Shown here: positions 12,888 to 25,710 of the stretch, in pieces
How the letters are laid out: every line of letters begins with the position of its first letter
Position numbering within the stretch: position 1 is the first letter of the stretch
NCBI GenBank assembly: GCA_973895155.1
Contig: OZ316892.1
Location: 29,828,932 to 29,892,931, forward strand
DNA length: 64,000 nucleotides
Direction: 5' to 3'
Source of the DNA: Marsupella aquatica
Taxonomy: Eukaryota > Plantae > Marchantiophyta
Position numbers and translations under genes: made by a program
Notes under the pieces: model-generated
What the model was told of the DNA's origin: nothing
The model's database searches: none
The model's input: only the letters and a program-made list of their open reading frames with translations

Positions 12888-13411
12888 ATGACTTGGACGA
12901 TTTATATAGTGATCCAATCACTGAGGAGACTATGTGCGACCCTGTAAGCTGCTCTGATGGCCGAACTTATTGTAGATGGACTCTGGTTGACAATGGAATG
13001 ACCAGGTCACCATATGACAGGACCCAACTGACTATTCATTGTGATGACATCACTACAAGGTCAAGATTATTTAGAGTCTTTCCAGAACAAGCATCAAAGT
13101 TTCGGGAGCGCCGAAACAAACATCGAGCGAAGGCTCTGCAGCACGTACGCACTGATCCAGTCGAGTTGGAGTGCGCTATAGAAAAACTGAACGACATTCT
13201 CCTGTGGGACCGTGGAGATGCTGAATGTCGAAAGGAGCTTGCTCCAACTCTAAGCCTTGTTTGTCAAACAGTTCCTCAACCATCGCTTTTGGATACAATT
13301 CCTGAGGTGATGCACGAAGATATGATAAGAGCTAGACTTGACAACGAAAGGGATCTATTCCTCAAATTCTTGGTGCTATTAAATGTTGCAATTTGGTTGT
13401 TCATAATCTAG
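12888..13411 (+). CDS. U-box domain protein with TPR-like helix pair and C-terminal hydrophobic segment (probably the last exon)
   Basis: DPITEETMCDPVSCSDGRTYCR..SPYDR fits the U-box consensus. AIEKLNDILLWDRGDAECRKEL is TPR-like. Ends LFLKFLVLLNVAIWLFII*. Putative intron 12769-12887 joins it in frame to ORF 12558-12768. Confidence 0.6.
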
Positions 13412-14801
13412 AAGACTCCAGGCATCTAGAGTAAATGCAACTCTATGAACAAATCCTGGTAAAACGTGGATTGAAAAGACTCGGGCCAATACTCAGAAAT
13501 TCCATTTAAATGAGGCTCGGGATGTGGCTAAGAGTCTGTAGAAGTCCGCTTCCATGGAGTAAGAAGGCTTCAAGGCGAAGCGTCAAAATGGTGGGTATAT
13601 TATATTGCACTTCCCGACTGTAAGATTGCAGTCAACATAGCTTCCATGAATATCCGGAATGATTACCATGTATAGTCATCAAATGTCTCGTTGTGTAACT
13701 TAAAATGCCGTACGTCTCAACCTTATCGTTTTGATATCTCGTTGAATTTCCATATTTATCTTAGTTTCTACAATGCTGAGTATTGATGGCTCTCTCATTT
13801 CTTCTATATGTATGAAGGAGGGCGGAAGCCACCAGCAGATCCGTTTTGGCAAGTGATTCAATTCCGTCCAGCAGTCCAAGGATCAAACTCCAAGACGTGT
13901 ATGGCCGAGAAACAACTCATTGTACGTGGACAATTTGGGTCTCTCACCAGCTTTGGCCGTCCCAGACCCAGTTAAGGTCAGACGGTCGAGGAGTCAAATA
14001 CTGCAAGAAATATTTGTAGGTGACTTTCCGGCTTCTGAGTTTTCAAACTTTGGACCGAATTTTGATCTCTACACCACGGCAGAAGTTGTTATCATGAGTT
14101 GCTGAGTGTTAATTTCTCAGTTGAAGAACTACCCGAGTTCAACAAGCACCAGAATCTGTAAACGTTAGTAGGAGGAATGAAATGCAATAGCAGGAGTTGT
14201 ACCCAGAGTTTTGAAGTATTATTCTGGACGTTTTGCATTGCTCAATTTGGTGCCCAGAAGACCTCAAAGTCGCAGTCAGTAGCAATTATTCACAAATTCG
14301 TCTCGAGTATATGTGCATTCTTTGTGAATGGATATAGTTGGAACCACGAGCATAGCTACGGGTGTTTGTAGAGAACTGTCTTTCTCGATAAAATTTCAAC
14401 ATCACTCAAGATTATAATTTACTCATCTCATGGTCTGCATATATTTTTCTGCTAGGATCCGTTAGCGACTCTCCAATCATGCTCACGCGATTTCAATGGT
14501 TCTGATCCGTGAAATATTAATATTGCCCTCCCTTTGATCAATTACTACCAGTAGTTCCCTAATGAATTTGCTAGTTTGAGGAGCTCTTATCGTGAAGTAC
14601 TCGTTTTCTGGGAGTACATTTGAATTGGCTGGTTTTGGAGCTTTTGTCACGTGGTCGTCGGTCTTCCGCCCTGCTGTGGACTGCTTTCCTGAAGGAACAC
14701 AGACAATAATCTGACGATCATTCTGTCGATTGTTTACAAAGCAAATTAATTAAATGCTTTCATCGGACAACCTACAGTAGGTTCATGGAATTTCACTACT
14801 G

Positions 14802-15012
14802 GCTCATAGCGCCCCCGATAGCGCCAGAAGGCTCGTCGCGTATTTTGTGCTCTACAAGTTGAGGCACATGTTTACTCAAGGGAGTGCTCGAGCTCTACAA
14901 GTTGAGGCACATGTTTACTCAAGGGAGTGCTCATAGCGCCCCCGATAGCGCCACAAGGCTCGTGGCGTATTTTGTGCTCTACAAGTTGAGGCACATGTTT
15001 ACTCAAGGGAGT
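14802..15012. repeat. Nested tandem repeat (~86-bp unit with ~40-bp subunit)
   Basis: gctctacaagttgaggcacatgtttactcaagggagt x3; gctcatagcgcccccgatagcgcca x2. Confidence 0.85.
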
Positions 15013-15431
15013 GGTTTGATTTGACAATCCCATCATTTGCCGCTTGATTTCCTTTTGTTGAAAATATGTTTTCGGAGTACATGCCTCCATTTCCACAAAA
15101 CACTGGGCTAGCTGTAAATATCCCCTTGCAATTAATCGCTTCGATGTCCAAATAATTGTTTAGATCATAATTTACTCTATGCAAATGCACTACCAGAAAT
15201 TGCATCTGAGGTAGCATTCAACGCGCAATCGGACAGTTCAAATTTCACGTTACCAAATAACAACTAGCTCAAATGAACAAAAACCGCCGAACCAGGGCAC
15301 ACCCCGGGAGCTAGATAAGACACGCAGGTACTCAAAACTTCGGATTCAGATACCCAGTAAAACAAGTCTCAGATCGTAACGCTTGGTTGTCTATGGTTCT
15401 CTTCATTGTCCCGGACTTCCACAGTGGACAA

Positions 15432-16806
15432 CTAAGAGAACTGTGTAGTAAGCTCGTCGAGGTCCAGGGGTCCGACTAAAGCATCAATTGCTGGCGCAAG
15501 GTGTGAAAACACCTCTTTCAAAGTTGCAATCCTGGACTCTTCACAATTCCAGGCAGAGGGAACAGGGTACCTTCCACTGGGGTTATACTCCTCCAACTCC
15601 ATTAGAGCTGTTGTGACAGAATTGTACACTCCAATACCATATTCTTTCTTCAAAGACGATAACTGCTCATTTTCATGGTCGATTTCTTGCTACACTCCCA
15701 GCAGGCAGGCGTTGCACAAGGGCCCAAGACAATCCAATAATTAGATCGATATATTTGATTCCAAATAAGAAATTTCCAAACCAGCTATACGCCATCCTGT
15801 GAAGCCACGCAGTTCAGATAACTGTTTAGACGTTGATCAACACATAGTGATATGTAACTGTAAAAGAGATAGTGCCAAGAATTACCTTCCACTCGTCATT
15901 TTTGAAAACAGTTTTGAACGGCTGGAACGTGGGATTTTGTAAAATGCCGTCCCACTTTGACAGCTCCAGCAGCATCATCGATTCCCATCTCTCATGAGAC
16001 TTAAATCTTCTCCTAAATTCTGCTATCCAGGGAGCCTGATCCATGCCGCCCACGTTCTTGAATCGAATGACAGACCGTGTCAGTTTTCCAAGGCCTTTGC
16101 TTTTGCGAGCATCTTCGATTAGCCGCCTCGCCTTCACTGTATCTACAGCTTTGACCATCTGATGAAAACCATCTTCCTAGTAAGCTAGGTCATCAGTACA
16201 TGAAAGTATAAGGAAACCGAAGTCAGTCGAGCGGTATCAAAATCATACCTTAGCACCTATTTTGCGAGCTTCAGAGAGCTCATCATTGGACTTTTTAAAC
16301 ATTACGTTCACGCTGCAAATCGTATGCTGCAAATAGTCCAGGGTCTCTTCTTGAGTATCCTTAATTGGCGCACACCCTTTCTCATCCTCCTTTGTGACTT
16401 TCTGAAACAGGCTTTCAGCTTGCATCCACTGATTTAGTTGCTGCTTTTGCAATTCAAACTTCTGGTCTCTCTCAAGCCGGAGTTGATTATTTCTTGCCTC
16501 TTCAGCTAATCTTCGAGCCTCTTCCTGCAGAGAAGCCCGCTTTCCGGAGGTCATTAAACTCCTCCGATCAGATGCAAATCCGATGCACGCATTCTCTAAA
16601 TACCAGCGTTCTATATAAGGATTTTTTTCTTTTAAGCTATAATAAGTTACAACCATCTTCCAAATTCACACCTCATGCTTCTGAACTAGTTCGAGCTGCT
16701 CAGTTTGCCACCGTGTCCGCAAACTCTGATGCTGTGAGAGCTGCTCTGTTTGCCACTGTGTCAACAAACTCTCATGCGGTGACAACATGTCGCCCAAGTG
16801 CTGATC
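15432..16806 (-). CDS. Coiled-coil + XH-domain protein (IDN2/FDM-like), copy 2
   Basis: Exons ~16555-16249, 16158-15886 and 15689-15432 with the same intron positions as copy 1. Contains ALMELEEYNPSGRYPVPSAWNCEESRIATLKEV. The upstream exon has an internal duplication (..QWQTEQL twice). Confidence 0.8.
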
Positions 16807-19800
16807 CTGCGAAAGTGTTACGAACAAGCTGTGAGTGCTCTGATTATCAGGAGTCATACTTTGACATAACGAAGCACACGTCGGTAAGTGGATTGGAGTG
16901 ACGACTACCTCGGAAACCTCCCTCGCTACCGTTTCAATTAGAAGGTGTTATAATCGCTGGAAGACTGCAGTCGACCAAATTAAGCCAAAGCTCCTAAGCC
17001 GCCTCCACACCTCGCTACGCTCCGCCTCCCGTCAGGACGTTGATTTCAATTGCTCACAAGCACCTTGTTTCCGCGATCCTGTTGTCAAGTAAAGAGCCAA
17101 GTCCAAGTAGAAAGGATCGAATTTACCTGTCAGATTGGCGGGGAGCTGATCCGGACCCAAATTCGGACAGGTAAGCTCACTGGTGAATGATCGTGAAGGG
17201 CGGTCGTTGCTAGATATATTAGCTCGTCGGTACATGATCTGGAAGCTTCTGCACTTCTGATTGGGTCAAACCGTAGAAAGTTCACGACAGAAGACCTGCT
17301 GGCAGAAGTTGACACTTATCAGTAATTGCACACCAAGTAAACCAGCGCCCATGCCATGATGATATGAAGTGCTCAAATAGGAAAATCATAGCGACAGACG
17401 CTCGCCTAGATATCTCCCTTCGTAGGCTGCCTGTAGTCTAATGTGCACCAACTTCATGTAGATAGGGGCAGCTTCTGTTTGGGCTGGAAAATATGCGAAA
17501 CATAGATGTCGTGCTGGTACTCTTATGCTGGCTAACTTAAATACTGGAGAAAGGGACAGATTACGTTTGTGCTGGAAACATATGCGAAACATAGCTATCG
17601 TATTGAGAGGCTTGTGCAGTACAGAACAGCGGATCATTATGCGTTACTAACGGTTGTTAGGGAGACCTCAAAACAATCCGCACCAAGGGAAACTTCAGAA
17701 GAATTACAGTTTCCCACCCAAATTTAGAAGGAAAGACCTGAACGGACGGTCTCATCCTGACACAGACAAAAAAAATGGGGCCGAGATCGTAATGCTGCCT
17801 GCGTCGTCGCGTCGAGGAATTGGAATTAAAGCGTTTCAGAGTGGTTTGAGGGTCACATAGCAGTTGGCTGCATCCTACCTAGTAATATCATGTCCATCTT
17901 TCGGTCTGGCAAACTGTAGATTCTGTCTTTCTTCTCGCTGCCTGTGCCTGATGATTGAAGTGCCGATGTGCATCCATCGTTCCGTCTGGAAATTAATAAG
18001 CTGCAGTTTCTCAGTTTCTCTCCTTTCTTTCTCGCTTACCGTGCCTGATAATACAAGTGCATCCATCTTTCCGTCTGGCACTGCAGTTTTACTCTTTCCT
18101 TCTCGGTTACCGTGCCTGATACTTTATTAGTGCACCTATATACGGCACAAGCCTTACCGCGCGTTAAATCTACACTGCGTTAATGTTCCCTTATTTTCCT
18201 GGGCCCCCGTACACTGCCCGTCCCAGTCCCCGATGCTGCTGCCCGTTCCGGCCCGAGTGTGGCAAAACATAAACCAATACTCTACCATTTTGTCATGCGC
18301 TCCGGCCCGATCAATTTTGCGCTGTCGACTTTGGGTTTATATTTTGCACCCTTCACTTTTTGTTGCCCGATGTTATGTTTTAAGAGCCTAGTGTTTTGGT
18401 TAAGAGGCATGATTGATAGAGCCTTGGTTGACGTTTTGCCAAATGCTTCTTCTCAATGGAGTTATGGTTTATGTTCTGGCAACACTTTTTTCCAATGGAG
18501 TCATGCCTATTTCGTAATAGAGTCTAAGTGTTAAGGGGAGCCTAACACTTTGGTTGAGACTCATGGTTGACAGAGTCTTCGTTTACGTTGTGCCATATAT
18601 TTATTCTCTATGGAGTTATGGTTTATGTTCTCGCAACACTACTTTCCAATGGAGCCATGCCTATTTCGTAATAGAGTCTAAGTGTTAAGGGGAGCCTAAC
18701 TCTTTGGTTCATACTCATGGTTGATAGAGTCTTGGTTTATGTTGTGCCATATACTTATTCTCTATGGAGTTATGGTTTATGTTCTGGCAACACTTCTTTC
18801 CAATGGAGTCATGCCTATTTTTGAATAGAATCTAAGTGTTAAGGGGAGCCTAGCACTTTGGTTCAGACTCATGGTTGATAGAGTCTTGGTTTATGTTGTG
18901 CCATATACTTAAATTCTCTATGGAGTTGTGGATGGTTTATGTTTTGGCAACACTTCTTTCCAAAAAGTTGAAGGCACAAGGTCCTGGCATGCACAAGGTC
19001 CTGACATGCACAAGGTCAATTGAGCGGATCGGGCTACAAAAAGTGAAGGGTGCCAAAACATAAACCGAAAGTCGATGGCGCAAAATTGATCGGGCCGGAG
19101 CGCCTGACAAAATGGTAGAGTATTGGTTTATGTTTTGCCACACTCGGGCCGGAACGGGCAGCAGCATCGGGGATCAGGACGGGCAGTGTACGGGGGCCCA
19201 GGAAAATTGGGGAGCATTAACGCAGGGTAGATTTAACGCGCGGTGCAAGCCTTCAATTCTATGGGAAATGTGCCTAAACCCTCCTGCCAATTCAAATCGA
19301 ATTTAGATCGAACCTCTACCTGCAGCCAATTATATTGAAGGCGCAGGATCTCGGATCTCTCGATTTCAAGACGGTGGAACTGCCTTCAACCATAAAAGAC
19401 AATCAAGACGGTGAATCTGGGAAAGTTAGACTGTCAGCTGTTTTATCTGCTTCGTCAGTGAAGGCAATGTCGAAACACATAGTGTACAGGATCCCGGCAG
19501 CGAAGCACTGTCAAACCCAGTGATTTACAGGATCCCGTCAACAGCACTAGTCAAACCAAGTGATTTACAGGATCCCAACGTACGCAGCACGGAGATTTTC
19601 ACAACTAGCACTAACGGACCCTAGCACTTGGTGCACCCGATGCGAATTAGACCAACAGGACGATATTGGTTAGGGTTTAGGCAGATTGTATGGAGGTTAA
19701 TGCTGCATGTTCTGCAGCTTTGTGCATTTTCCCGAAGAACCTCCTTCACCTACAGACTGTTCAAGTCTTTGTCGGTGCTGCAGCATCGTTACCTCAGGAA

Positions 19801-22800
19801 TGAAACTTACCCGGGAAACTCTGGCACACCGGAAACTCTGGCACACAATGAGGGCTATCATCTGCTGGAATATTTGGAAAAACAGAAGTACCCCATCTGC
19901 TGGAATATTTGAATGAGGGCTATCATCTGTTGGAATATTTGGAAAGACAAAGGTACGCACTTCATAGGACACCTCTGGCCCAACCCGCAAGGAGTCATCC
20001 AAAAATCATGGCATCGGCTAGGAATCTATATTAGACGGGACTGGCCCAGCAGAAAGTCAAGATACCTACCTGCAAGACTACTTTTGGAGATGACCAACCC
20101 AGAGATGTGTATACTTTTCAAGTCCCACCTGTTCCTCCAAGCCCCCCTCACTCTCAAGTTTTGAGACTGATAGAGTCCACTCTCTTTCACAGACCCATTG
20201 GAAGGAACACCCTCAGAATCTGATCACTAGCCAGTCAGTCTTTACGATAGGACCCACTAGAAGGAAACTCTCTGGAACCTGATCACTGGCAGGTCTTCAG
20301 TATGTTATTCAAATTATAGTTTCTAAATTACTTGTTTAGTGTCTTGAGGAGTGTGTTATTCAAATTATAGTTTCTAAATTACTTGTTGAGTTTCCAGACT
20401 GTAGTATCAAATAAATTTACTTGTTTAATTGCTTCCTTTTGAGGCCCAGCTTCTTCCCTGGTAGCCACCTCCCCAGTTTTAGCACTTCAACCTTTAGGTC
20501 ACTTGGGCTGGTGTCCCCTTTTTGGGCTCCCCGTTTTGTATGCTGACTATTTAATGGATTTCATTTGGTTTTTTGAAGGGGAAAAAAAATGTGTGTAATA
20601 GTTTCGTAGTTAGCAAATCCTACCACCTGCTTCCTACCACCTGCAGTTGCCCCTACCGGCATGCAACTAGCTATCCGTTCATCCGTGGGATAGAATTCAT
20701 CATGCCAGTACTTCATTTGCAGTTCTGCACTTATGTAGTTATGTATGTTCAGACACGAGTTTATGAGTATCATTACTCTGAGACACCCCACCATGATTGA
20801 AACCCATGACCGGCTCTTAGCCTCTTACAACCCGATCAGAAATTTGGTCAAAATTCTGATGTAAATACGAACATTTGCTGTTTGGTAATAGAATACGGAG
20901 TAGTACTTAATATAACAGATTTCAAGGTCTTTCAAGGTTTCTGGTCTTGTACACGATTCGCATGTATATTTCAGAAGTTGTCATTGATAGCAGCCTGTTC
21001 AAAATGCTGTCATGGGAAACTCCGTCATGTCCATCACATTTGCCATGCAACAGAAATTCGCTTCCACCAATTCCGGCCAGCTATTCGTCTTCACTAATTC
21101 GGTTCTGTGGCATTCGTTCTCTGATTCTTCTATTCTAATTTCGCCGTGGTTTGACATCACCGAGGACATCACCACACATATTACAGAACATTGTTGAGCC
21201 AACACTGAATTCTTAACGATTTCTTTCTTAGATCATAGAGAGGAAGTTTTCAATAAAACTGAGATCACCACACTTATCACAGAACATTGTTGAGAGCACT
21301 CCTGGGCCCATATATATTGAATTCTTAAGGATTCCTTCCCAACGAGCACAGTGAGTAAATTCTCAATAACACTTGACTAACCGGGTGAGAGGATATAGAG
21401 AGAAGAGGTTAATTACCCCTTGGTGACACATTGAATGTTAACAGTTTCTTCATTAATCTAAACTACTTTGTCACTAAATATGTTTAAATTGACAACAGTG
21501 CCATGGCTTTTTCTTTTTACAAATATGCAGGGGTTTTGTATAAAGATGAAAATTTTGACAGAGTAACCAGGGCGGGTTTATACAAAAAAGAGTAGCATAT
21601 TTATAATTATTAGCCCAACTACACGTTCCTTGAAAGTTAATAGAGACAAGACAAAAAGAATTTGCAAAACACATCTTATGCTATTTCCGTTTCATCTTTG
21701 CCCCCGTCTTTGCCCATCCCTCTATAAAATTTGTTTCCCCTCATTTTTGTTCCTCCTCATTTTCAATTTTGTCCCTTATTGAGAGTGACGAGCTAGAGGC
21801 TTCATTCTAGATGGGTAGTAGAAAATAACTTTGCTTCACGCCTTATTAGCCCTACCATCTGTTCCTTGCACATAAATAGATAATAAAAAATCTTGCAAAA
21901 AATAGGATTTATCCTATTTCCAGTTCATCTTTGCCTCATCCCTGTTTTTATATGGAGTCAATGTCACTTTTCTTCATCTTTGCTCTCTTTCTTGTCCACC
22001 CTCATTCTCAGTTTTGTCCTTATTGGGGGTTACATCTACAGTAGAGGTTTCACCCTAGATAGTAGGCCTTTAAAGTTGATTAGTTTGCAAATTATTAGTA
22101 AGATAACAAAAAAATGGCAATATTTGTAAAATAGAACATGTTTAGTGGTAGTTAAAAACTGCTTACAACTTAAGATCATAGTCTCAGTAAGTTTTCAATA
22201 GAACTGAGATCGTCACACATATTACAGAACATTGTTGAGAGTGCTCCAGTGCCTGCATTGAATTCTTAACGATTTCTTTCTAATTAAATATCATAGTGTG
22301 AAAATTTGCATAAAACTTGACTAACCGGGTGAGAATATATACATCGACAGGGGGAGAGGTTACCCCCTGGTGACTAGACGTGGATAAGTAGCATACTTAG
22401 CGCTAGTTCACCCAATTAGTCAAATGCTACACGACAGTCATGCCATCTAGCATTTTCTCTCTAGTCACCAATGATCTCTATAATCAGTGCCTTATCAGTC
22501 GGCGTGATTGGGGGAGCACTTGATCTAATTTGTGCTAAATTCCAACTTATACATAGGACGTAGCTCCATGGATATGATTGTATTAATATGTGGGCAGCAC
22601 AATCATGAACAAAGGATAGGCTTGCAGACCAGCACTGGATCTGTTCATACGGCCGCCAAGGCGCTGCAAAGCACAGCTACGCTGACACTTACGTTATGGC
22701 CCTCGAATGCCACTCCTACAAGAATTACCGTAAATGTAAACCAAAAATGCAAACCCTTCTTGTGAATCGTCCTTTGGATTTTCATTGAAGTTTTATGGCC

Positions 22801-25710
22801 ATAGGACCCCCTAGCCAACCTTGACCCAAGAGTCTCTCATTTAATCTCGTTGTTGCTGACACGGATTGAGGCCTCCTCCTCTTAATTTGGGCCTAGCCCT
22901 CTTTGGGGCCTTCTTAGGGTCTCTCCCTTTTCCTATTTCCCCCCTTCATTGGGCCCTTGGCCTTTGGGATAATGTCTCCTGATTTGGCTTGTTGATTCTT
23001 TGGCAGTTTGACATATATATTTGTGACTAATTAACACTAATTGAGGCCTACTCCTCCTAAGCATAACTTATAACACTCCCCCCTCCCCCTCTAGCTCGCC
23101 TTGCTGCAAGATTCTTCAATTTTCTCCAATAAACAAGAGCTTCTACAATGCCTTGTAAACAGGAAGTTACTCTACTAAAAAACCCTCCTCATGAGACTTC
23201 CTTTGTATTTTCAGTGAAGGCTAGGTTATGGCCAAAATCTCATTGCCACCCCGCCGGCAAGATTCCTAGACTTAAATCTTTCTGTTAGTGACACAGATCA
23301 AGGCTGTAACTCCTCCTAAACATAATTTTTCAAAGTAACTTACAATGAGAATTACGCTTGATAACCCATAGGCTGTTCCCAGTTTAGGGGCTTTAATTTA
23401 ATCCCCCATTTAATCCCCTGCTCACTGCCTTGGGGATTACATCCCATAAACCCCTCCAGCCCATGAACGGGTTACCCCACACTTGAGTGTAAGTGACAAA
23501 GATAACCACCTAACCTTCCATCCAAACAAGCAAGTTTTGGGGCTGTCACCGCGAAATCTATGTTATGCTCACTGTATGTAAGGGTTTCTGGGTTGCACCT
23601 CCCATGTGAGTACTCCCTGCACCCCCCTTCACCCCCCCCCCCCCCCCCCCCCCTCTCCCGCAAGTCTGGTCTTTTGGTATTTACTAGATTACATCTTTTA
23701 GGCAAGGAAGTGTTTTATGGAATGAAACCCTAAATGCATAACCTCTTTTGTGAAATGGCGCATTCAACAACTTTTACATAACAATGTCTTTCCTTCACAT
23801 AATCTTTTGTGCAAGTACATTCTATGAAAGGGTATCTTTTGTGCAAGGACATATTCTACGCAATGCACCCATATTGAGCAAATGGTTAACTACTCGGTTA
23901 ACTACAGTATATGGTGACATTGATTCTCAAAATCCCACAAAAAATAGCATGTTCTTTCATTTACATAGCTGTATTGTTGCAAATTAAATGTTATTGTCAA
24001 TGTCAATTTAATGAGTACTACGAGTTACTCGAGGTGGAACCCTCCAGTCGAGCCTCCAATTCTTTACAGGAGGAACTTACAGCTAAAGACTTGATGGGGG
24101 GGCCTGCAGGGAAACAAATCCCTAACAGGCCATACGTTTGAACTGCTGGAACTTGCTGGGCCCCCAGTCCCTGCAACCCAGCCCCTCGAGCCCTTGGAGT
24201 TGCTTCACAGTTAACCTGTGTGGTACCCTCCCTCGATCTGGGTATCCCATTTATCCCCATCAGCCTATTTCTCAAGGTTTATCCTTTAATTTTGCCACCC
24301 GAGAATCTTACGTGATGTGAAATAGAAGATTCTAGTAATATTCCCTATGTAATGTTCTTAGATTTATGTTGGACCATTAGATTTCTCTAGATTTTAAAAA
24401 AAAACCTTGAGATTCTGTGGCTAGGTAGGAAGTGGCTAATGGAGAAAAAAAACACAAACCAATTTTTTGCCAAAATGGTGTGTTTTAGTGGGGTGGAATT
24501 TGGTAGGAATCTGGACTCTGAGACGTAAACAAGCGTGTCACATTCATTTTGGAATTTTGAGTCCTACTCAAGTTTGGTAGGAATTTTGACTTTTTGTCAC
24601 ATTAACTAGGAATAATGAGAACCTAGGTCCGTTTGAGTTATACATAAGTTATACATGTATTTTCAAACAAGAGTACACTAAATTGCATCTAGACAGTACA
24701 TATGGTGGATTGACTTTTATAGTTGTATAGTATGTAACAACTAAAAAATGAAAAAACTAATATGACAGGTCCTGAGAAAGGGTTACAAGGGCAAGAGGCC
24801 CCATTAAGTATATATTCGAAGAGTTAGGGGCTTTTCAGGAATATCTTTAGCAGGCCCCATCAAGTATTTTGCTGCTTGGTGTGCCAAACAAGTTATGAAA
24901 AGTGACGACATTCCCACTAACTTCTGAAAAGGTTTTTTTAGTGTCAAAAACTTGCCAAATTCCACCTCTCCAAAAAGTTTTGGCCATTTTTGGCGCTAGT
25001 ATTTTTCTGTCTCATTAGCAAGTGTTCCACTTGTTCCACTTGTTCCACCTAATCACATATTCCATTACCCAGAATCTAACAACCATCCTTAAATGTAACG
25101 GTCAGAAACAAAATCAGAAAAATAATATTTTAAACATCTTCTCCTTCACCCACTAGACATGTGCCACTCTGGCGGAAAAGTAAAAAAACTCAAAATATAC
25201 ACTGCCACATTCCCACTGGTCCTGAAAAGTGACAGGCCGGCAACGATTATAGTTCTCCTTGCCTCGTATATCAAATTTTGATACCACACCATGATTATTT
25301 TGGTATCTTTTGGGCACACTAGAATCAAGTGTGGCCTGCCGGTTCTGGGAGTCCACAATGGGCGTCACCGCTGGTACTTTTATGTCAATCCACATGGTTC
25401 ATTTGTATTCCCCCGTCCCCTTTCAATGTCAGCAGGGAGAAGGCCAGACTGCAAATTGCTCTGCATGTGGGATGAGCCGTGGGGTTCACTTTAGTTCTTG
25501 AGATTTTGGGGGCTCTTTACAAGCATGAGACGACAAAAAAATTCTTTGCAAGTGGCACGACCAATGGGATCCCTTTAGTTCTCGAGATTTGGGGGTGGGC
25601 TTTACAAGAATGAGAGAATAAAGTCATGCTCTGCAAGTTGCATGACCGGTGGGGGTAGCTTTATTTGGGTTTTACAAGAACGATGGGACCGAAAATGAAG
25701 GTCATTTGCG
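15478..25710 (+). repeat. Segmental direct duplication, block B
   Basis: Paralogous to 1005-10500, e.g. 6540-8640 vs 22400-24520 and 9270-9510 vs 25225-25435. Confidence 0.9.
18156..19244. mobile_element. Non-autonomous Mutator-like element, ~215-bp TIRs, internal ~155-bp tandem repeats
   Basis: TIRs accgcgcgttaaatctac... / ...gtagatttaacgcgcggt. 9-bp TSD acaagcctt (18147-18155) / gcaagcctt (19245-19253). Empty site in the paralog at ~4750. Confidence 0.9.

Noticed and set aside
24250-25215. Possible degenerate long-TIR element
   Set aside because: Inverted similarity is weak and no termini or TSD could be defined.
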